Sequence record: CP071152.1 | DNA from: a plasmid | Length of the DNA stretch: 64,000 bases | Reading direction: 5' to 3' (one strand) | Part shown: in pieces, positions 32,995 to 42,166 of the stretch | Numbering within the stretch: position 1 is the first letter of the stretch | How the letters are laid out: each line of letters starts with the position of its first letter | The notes under the pieces: model-generated | Database searches by the model: none | What the model was told of the DNA's origin: nothing | Seen by the model: only the letters and a program-made list of their open reading frames with translations | Translations under genes and position numbers: made by a program

Positions 32995-33013
32995 GGTCAA
33001 TCATAATCTGACC
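32995..33013. promoter_or_regulatory. Candidate operator A in the terZ / biosynthesis divergent promoter region (GGTCA-9nt-TGACC)
   Basis: Inverted repeat GGTCAATCATAATCTGACC read directly. It shares the GTCAATCA half-site with site B. Confidence 0.3.
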
Positions 33014-33264
33014 GAGTTTTTTGCAATTTTTCACGTTTTGAATTCATTTTTTTTAATTTTACAACTTGATGAATTTTTAAAAAAAATGCGTTACTCAAGC
33101 TGATATATCAAGCGAACGGCAAGTTTACTTAAGCTTTCACTAATAAATGGCTGGACATCATCTTTAGGAAGTAAGGCATGTTGCACCATCGTCAACATTA
33201 AAACCTAACGCCCTACCATCTGCCCTTCCTCTGCTTTATATAGTCGTCATGTCTCCAAGATGAA

Positions 33265-33285
33265 GTCAATCAAAATATGATTGAC
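33265..33285. promoter_or_regulatory. Candidate operator B (GTCAATCA-aaata-TGATTGAC, perfect 8-bp inverted repeat) ~75 bp upstream of the ATP-grasp gene
   Basis: Perfect palindrome read directly from sequence in the 517-bp AT-rich intergenic region. Confidence 0.35.
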
Positions 33286-33359
33286 TTTAATCATCAGCAA
33301 GCATACAGTAACCCCACGAAAAGAACTTTCTTACTTTCTGCTTTTTAAAGGTCAACGCA

Positions 33360-34448
33360 ATGCTCAAGTCTATTTGGTTCATGGAGGGATTGTCCTCCCA
33401 GCGAGATATTGTCCTTGCTGTAACGGATATGCGTGAAAAACTAGGTCATGCATTTAAGGTGATAGCTTCACATCGAGGCAATCGTCCCGAAATCACCTCG
33501 GTAGCCGATGTTTCTTTGACTGAGCCAAAACAGGATTCAGAGCGTCTGGAGTTTATTAAAAATGTAGTGGCGAAGTTTAACGTCGCTGCAATTCATACTG
33601 GCCGTAATTGCCATTGGTTTGAAGAGCGCCGTCAGGAGATCGAATCTCTGGGGGTTTCTCTCACCACTGGCTCGATGGATCTCGATATGATTTCACTGGC
33701 CGACGACAAAGTACGTTACGCCCATTTCATGGAGCAATATAAGCTGCCTGTCGTGCCATCCGTGCAGATCAATGACGTCTCCGAGCTGGAAAGCCAAATC
33801 AGCTCGAAGCTCGTTGAGGGGGAGCTGTCCTGTATCAAGCCGGTCGTCGGCATTTACGGGATTGGTTTCTGGATCCTTGACCCTTCGGTTGGCCCGATGG
33901 CCGCTTTCAGCAACCCTGACAATCGTCGTGTTCATCCTCACACCTATGTCTCGGCGATGCGCAGTGAAACCCCGAACAAGCTGCCCGAGTCCATGGTGAT
34001 GATGCCCTATCTGGTCGGCCCGGAGCGCTCGGTCGATATGTTGGTCGAGCAGGGCAAAGTCATTGCGGCGGTAAGTCGTCGTAAAGAAGGCCCCCTGCAA
34101 TACATTGAGCAATCCGGCGAAGCTTTCGAGTTAGCTAAAGCCTGTGCCGAACTGATGCGAGCTGATGGGCTGGTCAACGTCCAAACTCGCAACAACAGCG
34201 AGGGCAAGCCCTTGCTGCTTGAAATCAACATGCGCCCATCTGGCGGGATCTGCTATTCCCGCTCCTGCGGAATCAACCTGCCCGGCATCTTTGCCCTGCG
34301 CAAACTGGGGCTGATTGACCAAGAGACTGCGATTGCCATGGGCAAAGACGGCTTTACTCCTACGGTCGTGCGCTCTGTGAGCAGCGTTATTGCGCTCCCT
34401 GTGCAACAGGGTTCCGAAATTAAAGAAATCGAAGGCACTCAGGCATGA
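33360..34448 (+). CDS. ATP-grasp family enzyme of the ter-associated biosynthetic module
   Basis: ATP-grasp C-terminal signature LLLEINMRPSGG and preceding conserved Gly-rich/ATP-binding regions. First gene of the operon divergent from terZ. Confidence 0.75.
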   Translation: MLKSIWFMEGLSSQRDIVLAVTDMREKLGHAFKVIASHRGNRPEITSVADVSLTEPKQDSERLEFIKNVVAKFNVAAIHTGRNCHWFEERRQEIESLGVSLTTGSMDLDMISLADDKVRYAHFMEQYKLPVVPSVQINDVSELESQISSKLVEGELSCIKPVVGIYGIGFWILDPSVGPMAAFSNPDNRRVHPHTYVSAMRSETPNKLPESMVMMPYLVGPERSVDMLVEQGKVIAAVSRRKEGPLQYIEQSGEAFELAKACAELMRADGLVNVQTRNNSEGKPLLLEINMRPSGGICYSRSCGINLPGIFALRKLGLIDQETAIAMGKDGFTPTVVRSVSSVIALPVQQGSEIKEIEGTQA

Positions 34449-35578
34449 GTAATCACGAGCAAGTTTTCCAGCGCAAACTGTCAACTGGCACAGTGACCGT
34501 TGTCAGTCAGCAATCTGCGCCGCTGGACGATTTATTTGAAATTGCCGAGCGTCGTAATCCGAAGCGGGCGTTTCTGTTTGTCAGCAAATTGCTGGGTCGC
34601 CATATCCCCATCAAGCCAAACGTGATGCGAGACAGCTACAAGACGCTCGCGTCTCAAATGCCTGATGATCTGCCTGAGCCTGTCCTGTTTATCGGGATGG
34701 CCGAAACCGCTGTCGGCCTTGCTGCCGGGGTATATCAGGAAGCCAGCGCTTCCCTGTCTGAATCTGTGTTTCTGACATCAACCCGCCATCCGGTTGACGG
34801 TGATCTGCTGTGCGAGTTTAAAGAAAATCACTCTCATGCGACCGATCACCTTATCTACTGGCCGGAAGACCCGACACTGGCTGAACGTGTAGAAGAAGCG
34901 AAAACGCTGGTACTGATCGACGACGAGGCTACGACGGGCAACACCTTTGCCAACCTCTATGCCGCACTGGTGGATGCGGGACTGGATGGCATTGAACATC
35001 TGGTAGCCGTCACCCTGACCGACTGGAGTCAGGATGCCCTGATGGATAAAGTCGATGTACCTGCACTCACTTCCATCTCTCTCGCTCAAGGCAAATGGTC
35101 GTGGGAAGCAGATCCGCAAGCCAGCAGTCCTGTCATGCCGAGCGTGAATGTAACAGCCAAGGGAGCGGTTGATATCGTCGGCCCTCAGTGTTGGGGCCGT
35201 TTGGGAATGGATGAGACCTTCTGCCGGATTGGTTTGCATATCGAAGCCTCCCCGACTGACAAGGTGTTGGTACTTGGCACCAGCGAATTTGTCTGGCAGC
35301 CCTTCTTGCTGGCTGAAAAGCTGGAAAAACAGGGTGCTGACGTCTATTTCAGCTCAACCTCGCGTTCCCCTATTGCGATTGGTCACGCCATCAAATCTGC
35401 AATCACTTTCACCGATAACTACGGTCTGGGGATCCCGAATTTTGCCTACAACATCGCCCACCAGCGATTTGACCGAATTTATCTGTGTTGCGAGACACCT
35501 GCCTACAGCCTCGATCCGCTGCTGCTGACAGAACTGAAGGCTATCGCAAACCACGTTGAGATCATTACCTATGAGTAA
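34445..35578 (+). CDS. Phosphoribosyltransferase (PRTase) of the ter-associated biosynthetic module
   Basis: PRPP-binding motif VLIDDEATTGNTF. The C-terminal extension is consistent with the TRSP-type domain described for ter-linked PRTases. Overlaps neighbours by 4 bp. Confidence 0.75.
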   Translation: MSNHEQVFQRKLSTGTVTVVSQQSAPLDDLFEIAERRNPKRAFLFVSKLLGRHIPIKPNVMRDSYKTLASQMPDDLPEPVLFIGMAETAVGLAAGVYQEASASLSESVFLTSTRHPVDGDLLCEFKENHSHATDHLIYWPEDPTLAERVEEAKTLVLIDDEATTGNTFANLYAALVDAGLDGIEHLVAVTLTDWSQDALMDKVDVPALTSISLAQGKWSWEADPQASSPVMPSVNVTAKGAVDIVGPQCWGRLGMDETFCRIGLHIEASPTDKVLVLGTSEFVWQPFLLAEKLEKQGADVYFSSTSRSPIAIGHAIKSAITFTDNYGLGIPNFAYNIAHQRFDRIYLCCETPAYSLDPLLLTELKAIANHVEIITYE

Positions 35579-36368
35579 CCCAGCCATGACCAATACCATC
35601 GTTCGACCTGTTGTTCTTCCCGATCTGGACGACACACTGTTTCAGACCAAACGCAAAATGGTCAATGAGCTGGCACAAGAGCCCTTCCGTGTCGGGGCAC
35701 TGGATCGCAGCTTGAGCCCGCGCAGCTACATGAACGAAGAGCAAGCCATGCTGGTCGATTGGCTGCTGGCAAATGCCGAAGTTATCCCCGTCACTGCCCG
35801 TGGTACTGAAGAATTTTCGCGTGTGCAGATCCCCTTTACCTCTTGGGCGATCACCACCCACGGCGCGGTCATCCTGACCCCGGAGGGCAAGTGCGATCCA
35901 GAGTGGCAAGAGCACATCACAACCGCTCTACAACCCTATCGTCAGCGCCTGCTGGACATGCAGGAGGCCATTACGGAATTGATGGCTGAGCGCGGCATCG
36001 CAGCATGGGCACGTATCAATTATGAATACGACGATATGCCCATCTATCTGGTAATGAAGCATACCGACAGTACAAAGCTGCATGAACTCAACGCCATTGG
36101 CGATGAGGTTGAAGAAATTCTCGGGACAGATGGTTTCTATGTCCACCGCAATAGCAACAACATCGCGTGGCTACCGACTTGCATTGAAAAAGGACTCGCA
36201 GCTCAACACCTGTTGACCAAGTTGCGGGCAGAGCGCGGCACCTTCCCCACCATCGGCCTTGGCGACAGCCTGACCGATTTCAGTTTCCTTCGCCTCTGTT
36301 CTTGGTTTGGTATGCCGAAGCAAAGCCAGTTTGTTGATGCCATCAAGACCAACGTTTTTGGAGAGTAA
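35571..36368 (+). CDS. HAD-superfamily phosphatase of the ter-associated module
   Basis: Motif I is VVLPDLDDTLF (DxDxT) and motif IV is GDSLTD. Start taken at 35571 (MSNPAMT) overlapping the PRTase stop. Confidence 0.75.
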   Translation: MSNPAMTNTIVRPVVLPDLDDTLFQTKRKMVNELAQEPFRVGALDRSLSPRSYMNEEQAMLVDWLLANAEVIPVTARGTEEFSRVQIPFTSWAITTHGAVILTPEGKCDPEWQEHITTALQPYRQRLLDMQEAITELMAERGIAAWARINYEYDDMPIYLVMKHTDSTKLHELNAIGDEVEEILGTDGFYVHRNSNNIAWLPTCIEKGLAAQHLLTKLRAERGTFPTIGLGDSLTDFSFLRLCSWFGMPKQSQFVDAIKTNVFGE

Positions 36369-36371
36369 CCT

Positions 36372-37454
36372 GTGACCACTAAACCCGTTTTTACCGGCTC
36401 TTACCGTGAAGGTGATGTCGAATTCCTGTTGACTCCTGTCACCATCGAACTGACCTCCGTTGAGGAAAAAGAGGCCCTGATCCAGTCGGGCAAAAAGCAC
36501 TACTCAGACATGCTGAGTCAAGAGCCTGCCCCGACCGCCTACCACCTCGATCTGTTCAGCAAGGCGACCACCATCGGAGCCAAGCGTCTGGCGACCGAAG
36601 TGATGATGCTGGCTGTTTCGCTACTCAAAGAGTACGGTAACACCCCGATTGTACTGGCAAGTCTGGTGCGAGCCGGTGTGCCGCTCGGGGTCATGCTGCA
36701 ACGCGCTCTGACCATGCTGGGTAAGGAGTCTTATCACTACGGCATCAGCATCATCCGTGATCGCGGGATTGACGAAGCGGCCCTCTCTGTTATCGAGCAG
36801 CGCCATGGCACTGAAGGCATCGTCTGGGTCGATGGCTGGACAGGCAAAGGCGCCATCACCAAAGAGCTGACCAAGGCCCTGTCTGGCCGCGCTGGCTATC
36901 CAGCTCAACCCCGGCTTGTGGTACTGGCCGATCCGTGCGGCTGCGCGTGGATGTCTGCCACTGAAGACGATTGGCTGATCCCGTTCGGTATCATGGGGGC
37001 GCCCGTATCTGGCATGATCTCCCGCTCTCTCTACAGCGAAGAAGGGTTCCATCAGTGCATGGTGTGCAACCATCTGACCGAGTATGAATGCGGTCTGGCG
37101 CTGGCTGATGCGGTTGAGGAATGCTGCCGCTCTGACAAGATGCTCGTCTCCCCTATCGATGTCGCTGCACTGGCCCCGGTGAAGGCTCAACTTTGGGAGC
37201 AGAGCAAGGTCGTCATTGCAATGCTGGCCGACCGATTCGAAATTTCCAGCATGAACCGCATCAAGCCGGGGATCGCCGAAGCGACCCGTGCTGTCCTGCG
37301 CCGAGTACCAGACCATGTGCTCGTGCGTTCCATCAATGACCCCGATGTCTCTCTGTTGGTCTATCTCGCCAAAGAGAAAGGCATTGAAATCACAGAAGTC
37401 GGTGATCTGATTGGTCAGTATCGCGCCGTGACCATTATTAAAAAGGTGATCTGA
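36372..37454 (+). CDS. ter-cluster PRTase-like protein (StiP / PRTase_1-type family), GTG start
   Basis: 360-aa protein with a degenerate PRPP-loop-like segment (IVWVDGWTGKGAI) and a Cys-containing region. The syntenic position matches the second PRTase-like gene of ter biosynthetic clusters. The family call is from memory and is tentative. Confidence 0.5.
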   Translation: MTTKPVFTGSYREGDVEFLLTPVTIELTSVEEKEALIQSGKKHYSDMLSQEPAPTAYHLDLFSKATTIGAKRLATEVMMLAVSLLKEYGNTPIVLASLVRAGVPLGVMLQRALTMLGKESYHYGISIIRDRGIDEAALSVIEQRHGTEGIVWVDGWTGKGAITKELTKALSGRAGYPAQPRLVVLADPCGCAWMSATEDDWLIPFGIMGAPVSGMISRSLYSEEGFHQCMVCNHLTEYECGLALADAVEECCRSDKMLVSPIDVAALAPVKAQLWEQSKVVIAMLADRFEISSMNRIKPGIAEATRAVLRRVPDHVLVRSINDPDVSLLVYLAKEKGIEITEVGDLIGQYRAVTIIKKVI

Positions 37455-38411
37455 ATGAAAAAAGGAATCTCTGCTTATGGTCTTGGGGCGACGCTGTACA
37501 TGCCCGCGACCCGCCATGACATCGTTGATACCATCGTGACCGGTAAAATTGTCGGACTGCGTTCACTGGTTTTCTGTCTTGAGGATGCTGTGACCGAGCA
37601 GGACTTAGCTGCTGCCATGGAAAACCTCAAGGGGATGCTGGTGGCCCTGTCGAAGGAAAAGCAGTGCCACAGCCTGATCGGTTGGCCGCTGATCTTCATC
37701 CGGCCTCGTAACGAGAAAATCGGTCAGCAGTTGGTCGATGAATACGATCTGAGCGCTGTAGATGGCTTTGTGCTGCCCAAGTTCACCCTTGCTAGCTTGG
37801 CAGACTGGTCAGCCGTGCTGGCGAATACTCACCTTCACTGGATGCCGACACTGGAAACTGAAGATGTTTTTGATGTCAATGCCATGCAAGAGCTGGTGGC
37901 TGCACTGGAAACCCATGAATGCCGTGACAAGATCATCGCATTGCGTATCGGCGGCAACGACCTGATGAACTGTGTATCGCTGCGTCGGTCTCGCGAGTTC
38001 ACCCTCTATGACGGCCCCATGGGGTATGTCATCAAAATGCTCGTCGCGGTATTTGGCCCCAAAGGGTTTGCCCTGACTGCACCTGTTTGCGAGCACATTG
38101 ATGACCACCGTCTCTTGGAGAAAGAGCTGGCCCTTGATGTCGCCCATGGCTTGGTCGGGAAGACTGCTATTCATCCGAATCAGATCGGGATTATTCAAAA
38201 AGCCCTGATGGTCAGCTCCCTTGACCACGAGGACGCTTTGCGTATTAATAATTCCTCCAAGGCCGTCTTCAAAGCTGGTGGTGCCATGTGTGAACCGGCG
38301 ACACATCGCCGTTGGGCACAAAGCATTTTGGATCGCGTCCACTACTTCGGTGTGGCTCAAGCACCTTCACCTGCCGCAGCTTCACCCTCGATGCAGGCTC
38401 AACACGGGTAA
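37455..38411 (+). CDS. HpcH/HpaI aldolase / citrate lyase beta-subunit (CitE)-like C-C lyase
   Basis: TIM-barrel lyase-like regions (LRSLVFCLEDAV, IALRIGGNDL, GLVGKTAIHPNQI). Last gene of the biosynthetic operon. Confidence 0.7.
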   Translation: MKKGISAYGLGATLYMPATRHDIVDTIVTGKIVGLRSLVFCLEDAVTEQDLAAAMENLKGMLVALSKEKQCHSLIGWPLIFIRPRNEKIGQQLVDEYDLSAVDGFVLPKFTLASLADWSAVLANTHLHWMPTLETEDVFDVNAMQELVAALETHECRDKIIALRIGGNDLMNCVSLRRSREFTLYDGPMGYVIKMLVAVFGPKGFALTAPVCEHIDDHRLLEKELALDVAHGLVGKTAIHPNQIGIIQKALMVSSLDHEDALRINNSSKAVFKAGGAMCEPATHRRWAQSILDRVHYFGVAQAPSPAAASPSMQAQHG

Positions 38412-38416
38412 CATCA

Positions 38417-39631
38417 ATGGGCTTTCGATTTCGTCGCAGCATTACCATTATTCCGGGCGTTCGACTGAACCTCAGTAATGGTAGCCCTAGCTTAAGTGTC
38501 GGCCCGAGGGGAGCGTCCATCTCCTTTGGTAGTCGCGGCACCTACGCAAACATAGGGCTAGCTGGCACGGGTCTGAGTTATCGAACCAGACTTGATAAAG
38601 CTGCTGCCTCATCAAACAACGCGGCAAGAGCTAGTGCCGAAACGAAAGAACAGTTACGTAGTTCGCTGCTGGCCTCTGCCGAGCAGATGAATACCGTGAT
38701 TGAGCAGGTGATCAATGTCCATACCATGACCCCGGATCCGACACTTGGGCATAGCATGGACGAGCTGCGCGAACATTATTTAAAAGCAGCCAGTCAGCCA
38801 TACTCCGTCGAGGCTCCTATCCGGCCAGCAAAGCCGGAGATCCCCCCTTCCCCTGTTCAACCGACAGGCGAAGAGGGAGCTGGTTTTTTTAAAAAGCTTT
38901 TCGAGTCCGATGCGGATAGACAAGAGAGGCAGACGCTTGCTCTCGCAAACTGGGAGCGAGCTGTACAGGACTGGGAAAGAGAGAAAAAGCTGACAGAGCA
39001 GCGCTATCAAAGCCAACGCGCTGCATGGGCCGAGCAGTATGCACTTTGGCAGAGTGAATCAACCCGTCACCAAGAAACGATGAGTGCATCCGTAGCGCAG
39101 GCAGGTATTCGCTTCGCCAGTGACACAGCCTTTTTTGAGGCGATTTTGGATGAAGTATTGAAGCAGATGGATTGGCCTCGGGAGACCGTCATCTCTTTCG
39201 AAGTAAATCCAGAAGAGTCCCTGACCCGGATCGATGTTGACCTGCCAGAGATTGAAGATCTGCCGCAAGCGACCTTTGCTCTGAATCGCCAAGGTACTCA
39301 GATTGTCGAGAAGGAAATGACTCAGAAGGCAATCAGGGAGGCTTATGCCCGTCATGTGCATGGCATTTTACTTCGGCTGATTGGAGCGACCCTGTACGCA
39401 CTACCTTTCGAGAACGTCAGCATCTGTGGATTTACTCAGCGGATCAGCAAAGCCACCGGTTACTTGGTCGATGACTACATTATCGAATGCATGGCAGACC
39501 GGGCTCGTTTTTTAAATATTAATTTTTCTGCACTGGACTCGATAGATCCGATAGAGGCAATAAATGCATTCAGCCCAAACCGGAAAATGACAGCAACATT
39601 TATTTTTCAGTCAATCATCACAACACAGTGA
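38417..39631 (+). CDS. DUF4236-like protein (N-terminal MGFRFRRSITIIPGVRLNLS... motif) with a long unknown C-terminal region
   Basis: The N-terminal ~60 aa match the DUF4236 pattern as I remember it (GFRFRRSI.I.PGVRLN.S..G.S.SVGPRGAS). Start chosen at 38417 directly after the CitE-like stop. Confidence 0.5.
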   Translation: MGFRFRRSITIIPGVRLNLSNGSPSLSVGPRGASISFGSRGTYANIGLAGTGLSYRTRLDKAAASSNNAARASAETKEQLRSSLLASAEQMNTVIEQVINVHTMTPDPTLGHSMDELREHYLKAASQPYSVEAPIRPAKPEIPPSPVQPTGEEGAGFFKKLFESDADRQERQTLALANWERAVQDWEREKKLTEQRYQSQRAAWAEQYALWQSESTRHQETMSASVAQAGIRFASDTAFFEAILDEVLKQMDWPRETVISFEVNPEESLTRIDVDLPEIEDLPQATFALNRQGTQIVEKEMTQKAIREAYARHVHGILLRLIGATLYALPFENVSICGFTQRISKATGYLVDDYIIECMADRARFLNINFSALDSIDPIEAINAFSPNRKMTATFIFQSIITTQ

Positions 39632-39663
39632 TCCTCAAGCTATTTTAAAACGGTAATTTACGA

Positions 39664-40095
39664 ATGATGTTAAGCGCAAAACAGAAACGGGCATTCACTT
39701 TAGCGATATCGCTTTTTTCAGAAAAACATGTTTCTGCAACAAAAATCATTGAAGATCTTGGATGTTCTGAGGCGACGCTAACCCGCAGCCTTCGAGATCT
39801 GCGCGAAACCTACAATGTTACTATCAAGTACAGCAAAAGCACCCACTCATATCAGCTTACAGACACGGGGAACTTAACAAAGAAAGATATCTCCCATATG
39901 AAAACGGCTATCGAAAAACACGATGCATCTGATATAAACGATGAAACAGTCAGCCTCACGAAAATCAGGAAACGAGCAGTTACCCTCTCCCTGACCAACG
40001 CTGCAATTTCCGAGCTGGATAAGCGAGCTGCTGCCGAGGGGAAAACACGCAGCGATATTGTTGAATCGTTGATAAAAAATTCTGCAATCATCTAA
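39664..40095 (+). CDS. Putative transcriptional regulator (N-terminal HTH, C-terminal ribbon-helix-helix-like segment), AT-rich gene
   Basis: 143-aa ORF. The N-terminal HTH-like region is ATKIIEDLGCSEATLTRSLRDL. The C-terminal KRAVTLSLTNAAISELDKRAAAEGKTRSDIVESLI resembles CopG/RHH. Low GC. Confidence 0.5.
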   Translation: MMLSAKQKRAFTLAISLFSEKHVSATKIIEDLGCSEATLTRSLRDLRETYNVTIKYSKSTHSYQLTDTGNLTKKDISHMKTAIEKHDASDINDETVSLTKIRKRAVTLSLTNAAISELDKRAAAEGKTRSDIVESLIKNSAII

Positions 40096-40193
40096 AATAT
40101 TCGACTCCGGGCAAGCACCGCGTGGCCTCTGAAGTGTGCGTTTTGCTGCTGTCGAAGTAAACGCTTCTCGATGTTTCAGATAGTGATGGATAA

Positions 40194-40450
40194 GGAAAGT
40201 GCGAATAAGCAGGTCATTTCTTCCCAAGCTGGCTCGCTGATTAAAATTTCGCGGATCCGGGCCGATTGTTCTCCCGTAAACACCTCGAATTAGCCTATTT
40301 AGGCCGTTTTTTCGCCATTCCTGGCGTTATTTCCGGTTTTTAGTGAGATCTCTCCCACTGACGTATCATCTGGTCCACCCGAAACAGGTTGGCCAGGGTG
40401 AATAACATCGCCAGTTGGTTATCGTTTTTCTGTAGCCCCTTGTATCTGGC
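40194..40450 (+). mobile_element. Left-end remnant (IRL plus ~240 bp) of a diverged IS5-like element
   Basis: GGAAAGTGCGAATAAG at 40194 followed by sequence ~85-90 percent similar to the IRL-proximal region of IS5 (by eye) up to CTTGTATCTGGC. The IS3-family element is inserted at this point. Confidence 0.8.
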
Positions 40451-40477
40451 TGTAATGACCCAGCCGTTCCTGCACAA

Positions 40478-41140
40478 CTAAGCGGCTTCGGCATAGGCCT
40501 GCGCCGGTGTTTTCATCTTTAGCGCCTGGTGAGGACGCTTCTGGTTGTAAAACTGGATCCAGTCGCCAATCACCCGACTGGCATGCTGCAAGGTCTCGAA
40601 CCTCTGCCGATGGGCACACTGCTCCTTGAGCGTTCTGATCACCCGCTCGACCATGCCGTTTTGTTCCGGCGTGTACGGCGTGATGAACTCCTGCTGCAAC
40701 CCATAGCTCTTCACCAGTGCTGTGTAGTTGCGGCTGGTAAACACCAACCCATTGTCGCTACGTAACAAAAACGGCGATGCAACTCGTCCCAAGCTGCCGA
40801 AGCGAGCAATTAAGGCTTGCTCCAGCGCTGCCTCGGCCGTTTTCGATTTACCACTGCGCGAGAGATGCCATCCCAGTAGTTCACGGGTATGGCAATCAAT
40901 CACCAGCGCCAAGGAACACCAGCCATCGCGACCAGCCCAGATCCGGCATAGGTCCGTCGCCCAGCGTTGGTTGGGCGCTGAGGCCACCGAAGGCAGGGCC
41001 TGGATCCGGGGGCGAAACCCAACCGGACGCTTGCGAACTTGCCAGCCCTTGAGCTGGAAGATGCGCTGTACCGTGTTCTTGTTGAACCCCAACAGGGCTG
41101 CAACCGTCCGGTAACCGAACGATGGGTTCTCCTCAATCAT
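40478..41140 (-). CDS. IS3-family transposase OrfB (integrase/DDE core; from first Met, frame open further upstream toward the frameshift site)
   Basis: DDE catalytic core region (WATDLCRIW..., LVIDCHTRELLGWHLS, SDNGLVFTS, YTPEQNGMVERVIRTLK). Confidence 0.8.
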   Translation of the reverse strand: MIEENPSFGYRTVAALLGFNKNTVQRIFQLKGWQVRKRPVGFRPRIQALPSVASAPNQRWATDLCRIWAGRDGWCSLALVIDCHTRELLGWHLSRSGKSKTAEAALEQALIARFGSLGRVASPFLLRSDNGLVFTSRNYTALVKSYGLQQEFITPYTPEQNGMVERVIRTLKEQCAHRQRFETLQHASRVIGDWIQFYNQKRPHQALKMKTPAQAYAEAA

Positions 41141-41255
41141 GTTTTTGATCGGGGTGACCAGATGCTCCTGAAGCTTGGGCGCGGCCTTGACGCTGCGGTA
41201 GTACCAACTACGACGCGGCAGGCCAAACCAGCGGCAGAGCTTGCTGACGGAGACA

Positions 41256-41627
41256 TCAATACCTTCTGCGCGTAATCCCTGCTGAACATCGGCGACTATC
41301 TGTCGTCCTCGCCCAGCAGGGAGGCCAGCTTTTTTCTGGCGCGTAACTCCAGCATGGCCTCGCCATAAGCTTCCTGAAGTTCCTTGAGCTGCTTCTCGTA
41401 CTGCTCGCGAATATCCAGTGGCTTGGCCCGTAAGGCGTTTTCCATGCCCCGTTTGGCGTCACATCTACCCATTCTTCAATCTCGGAGGGCGGCAAATCAA
41501 AGGCTCGAGCCGCTTCGGCGACGGTGGTCTTGCCCTGAATGATTTCCATGACCAAGGCGGACTTGCGCTTGGCCGTCCAACGTTTGATTTCTTCGTCCAT
41601 CGTGATGCTCATGTCTGTGATCTCCAC
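41256..41627 (-). pseudogene. IS3-family OrfA (HTH) disrupted by a 2-bp insertion
   Basis: The N-terminus MSITMDEEIKRWTAKRKSALVMEIIQGKTTVAEAARAFDLPPSEIEEWV is a typical OrfA. After GATGTGACGCC the frame is lost. Removing 2 nt restores DDAKRGMENALRAKPLDIREQYEKQLKELQ...LLGEDDR*. Confidence 0.6.
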
Positions 41628-41665
41628 TCATTATGACCTGAGCAGGATTTCAGTGGGTCATTACA

Positions 41666-41964
41666 AGACTGTTGGGTCAACTGCAAGGATAGAGCTGCTG
41701 ATCCTGGATGACTGGGGACTGGAGGCGGTGAATGCCGAACAGCGCAACGCACTGCTGGAGATCATGGATGATCGGTACGGGAAATACTCGACGATAGTGG
41801 TCAGTCACCTGCCAACTGAAGAGTGGTACGCGAGCTTGGGTGACAACACCCTGGCAGATGCGATCCTGGACCGGCTGATGCACAACGCTCACCGGCTGCC
41901 ACTGAAGGGAGAATCGATGAGGAAGAGGAGAAGTGAGTTGACCCAATCTGAACAGTCGAGTTAG
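41666..41964 (+). pseudogene. istB: 3' fragment of an IS21-family istB (helper ATPase) gene, truncated by the IS3-family element
   Basis: Frame reads ELLILDDWGLEAVNAEQRNALLEIMDDRYGKYSTIVVSHLPTEEWYASLGDNTLADAILDRLMHNAHRLPLKGESMRKRR, the conserved IstB C-terminus. It begins abruptly at the IS3 right end. Confidence 0.75.
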
Positions 41965-42044
41965 AAACGAGATGACGTGAGCGCGTTAAGGATCAGGGTG
42001 TTCACGTTGGCCGGAATGGCTGTTCAACTTCGCCGGAATACGCA

Positions 42045-42166
42045 CTGACGGCGCTTACTGCTGAATTCACTGTCGGCGAAGGTGAGCTGATGACTCATGA
42101 TGAACCCTTTTTCATGGCTCCAGATGACAAACATGATCTCATATCAGGGACTTGTTCGCACCTTCC
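42045..42166 (+). mobile_element. Right-end remnant (~120 bp incl. IRR) of the same diverged IS5-like element, followed by CTAG
   Basis: CTGACGGCGCTTACTGCTGAATTCACTGTCGGCGAAGGT...GGGACTTGTTCGCACCTTCC matches the IS5 right end closely. The same orientation as the left remnant implies one IS5-like copy gutted by later insertions and deletions. Confidence 0.8.

Larger units (their letters stand above)
40451..41665 (-). mobile_element. IS3-family insertion sequence (1215 bp; IRs TGTAATGACCCAG... / ...GTGGGTCATTACA)
   Basis: Terminal TG...CA. It carries orfA and orfB with the A AAA AAG slippery site (~41327-41340). No flanking direct repeat is visible. Confidence 0.8.
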
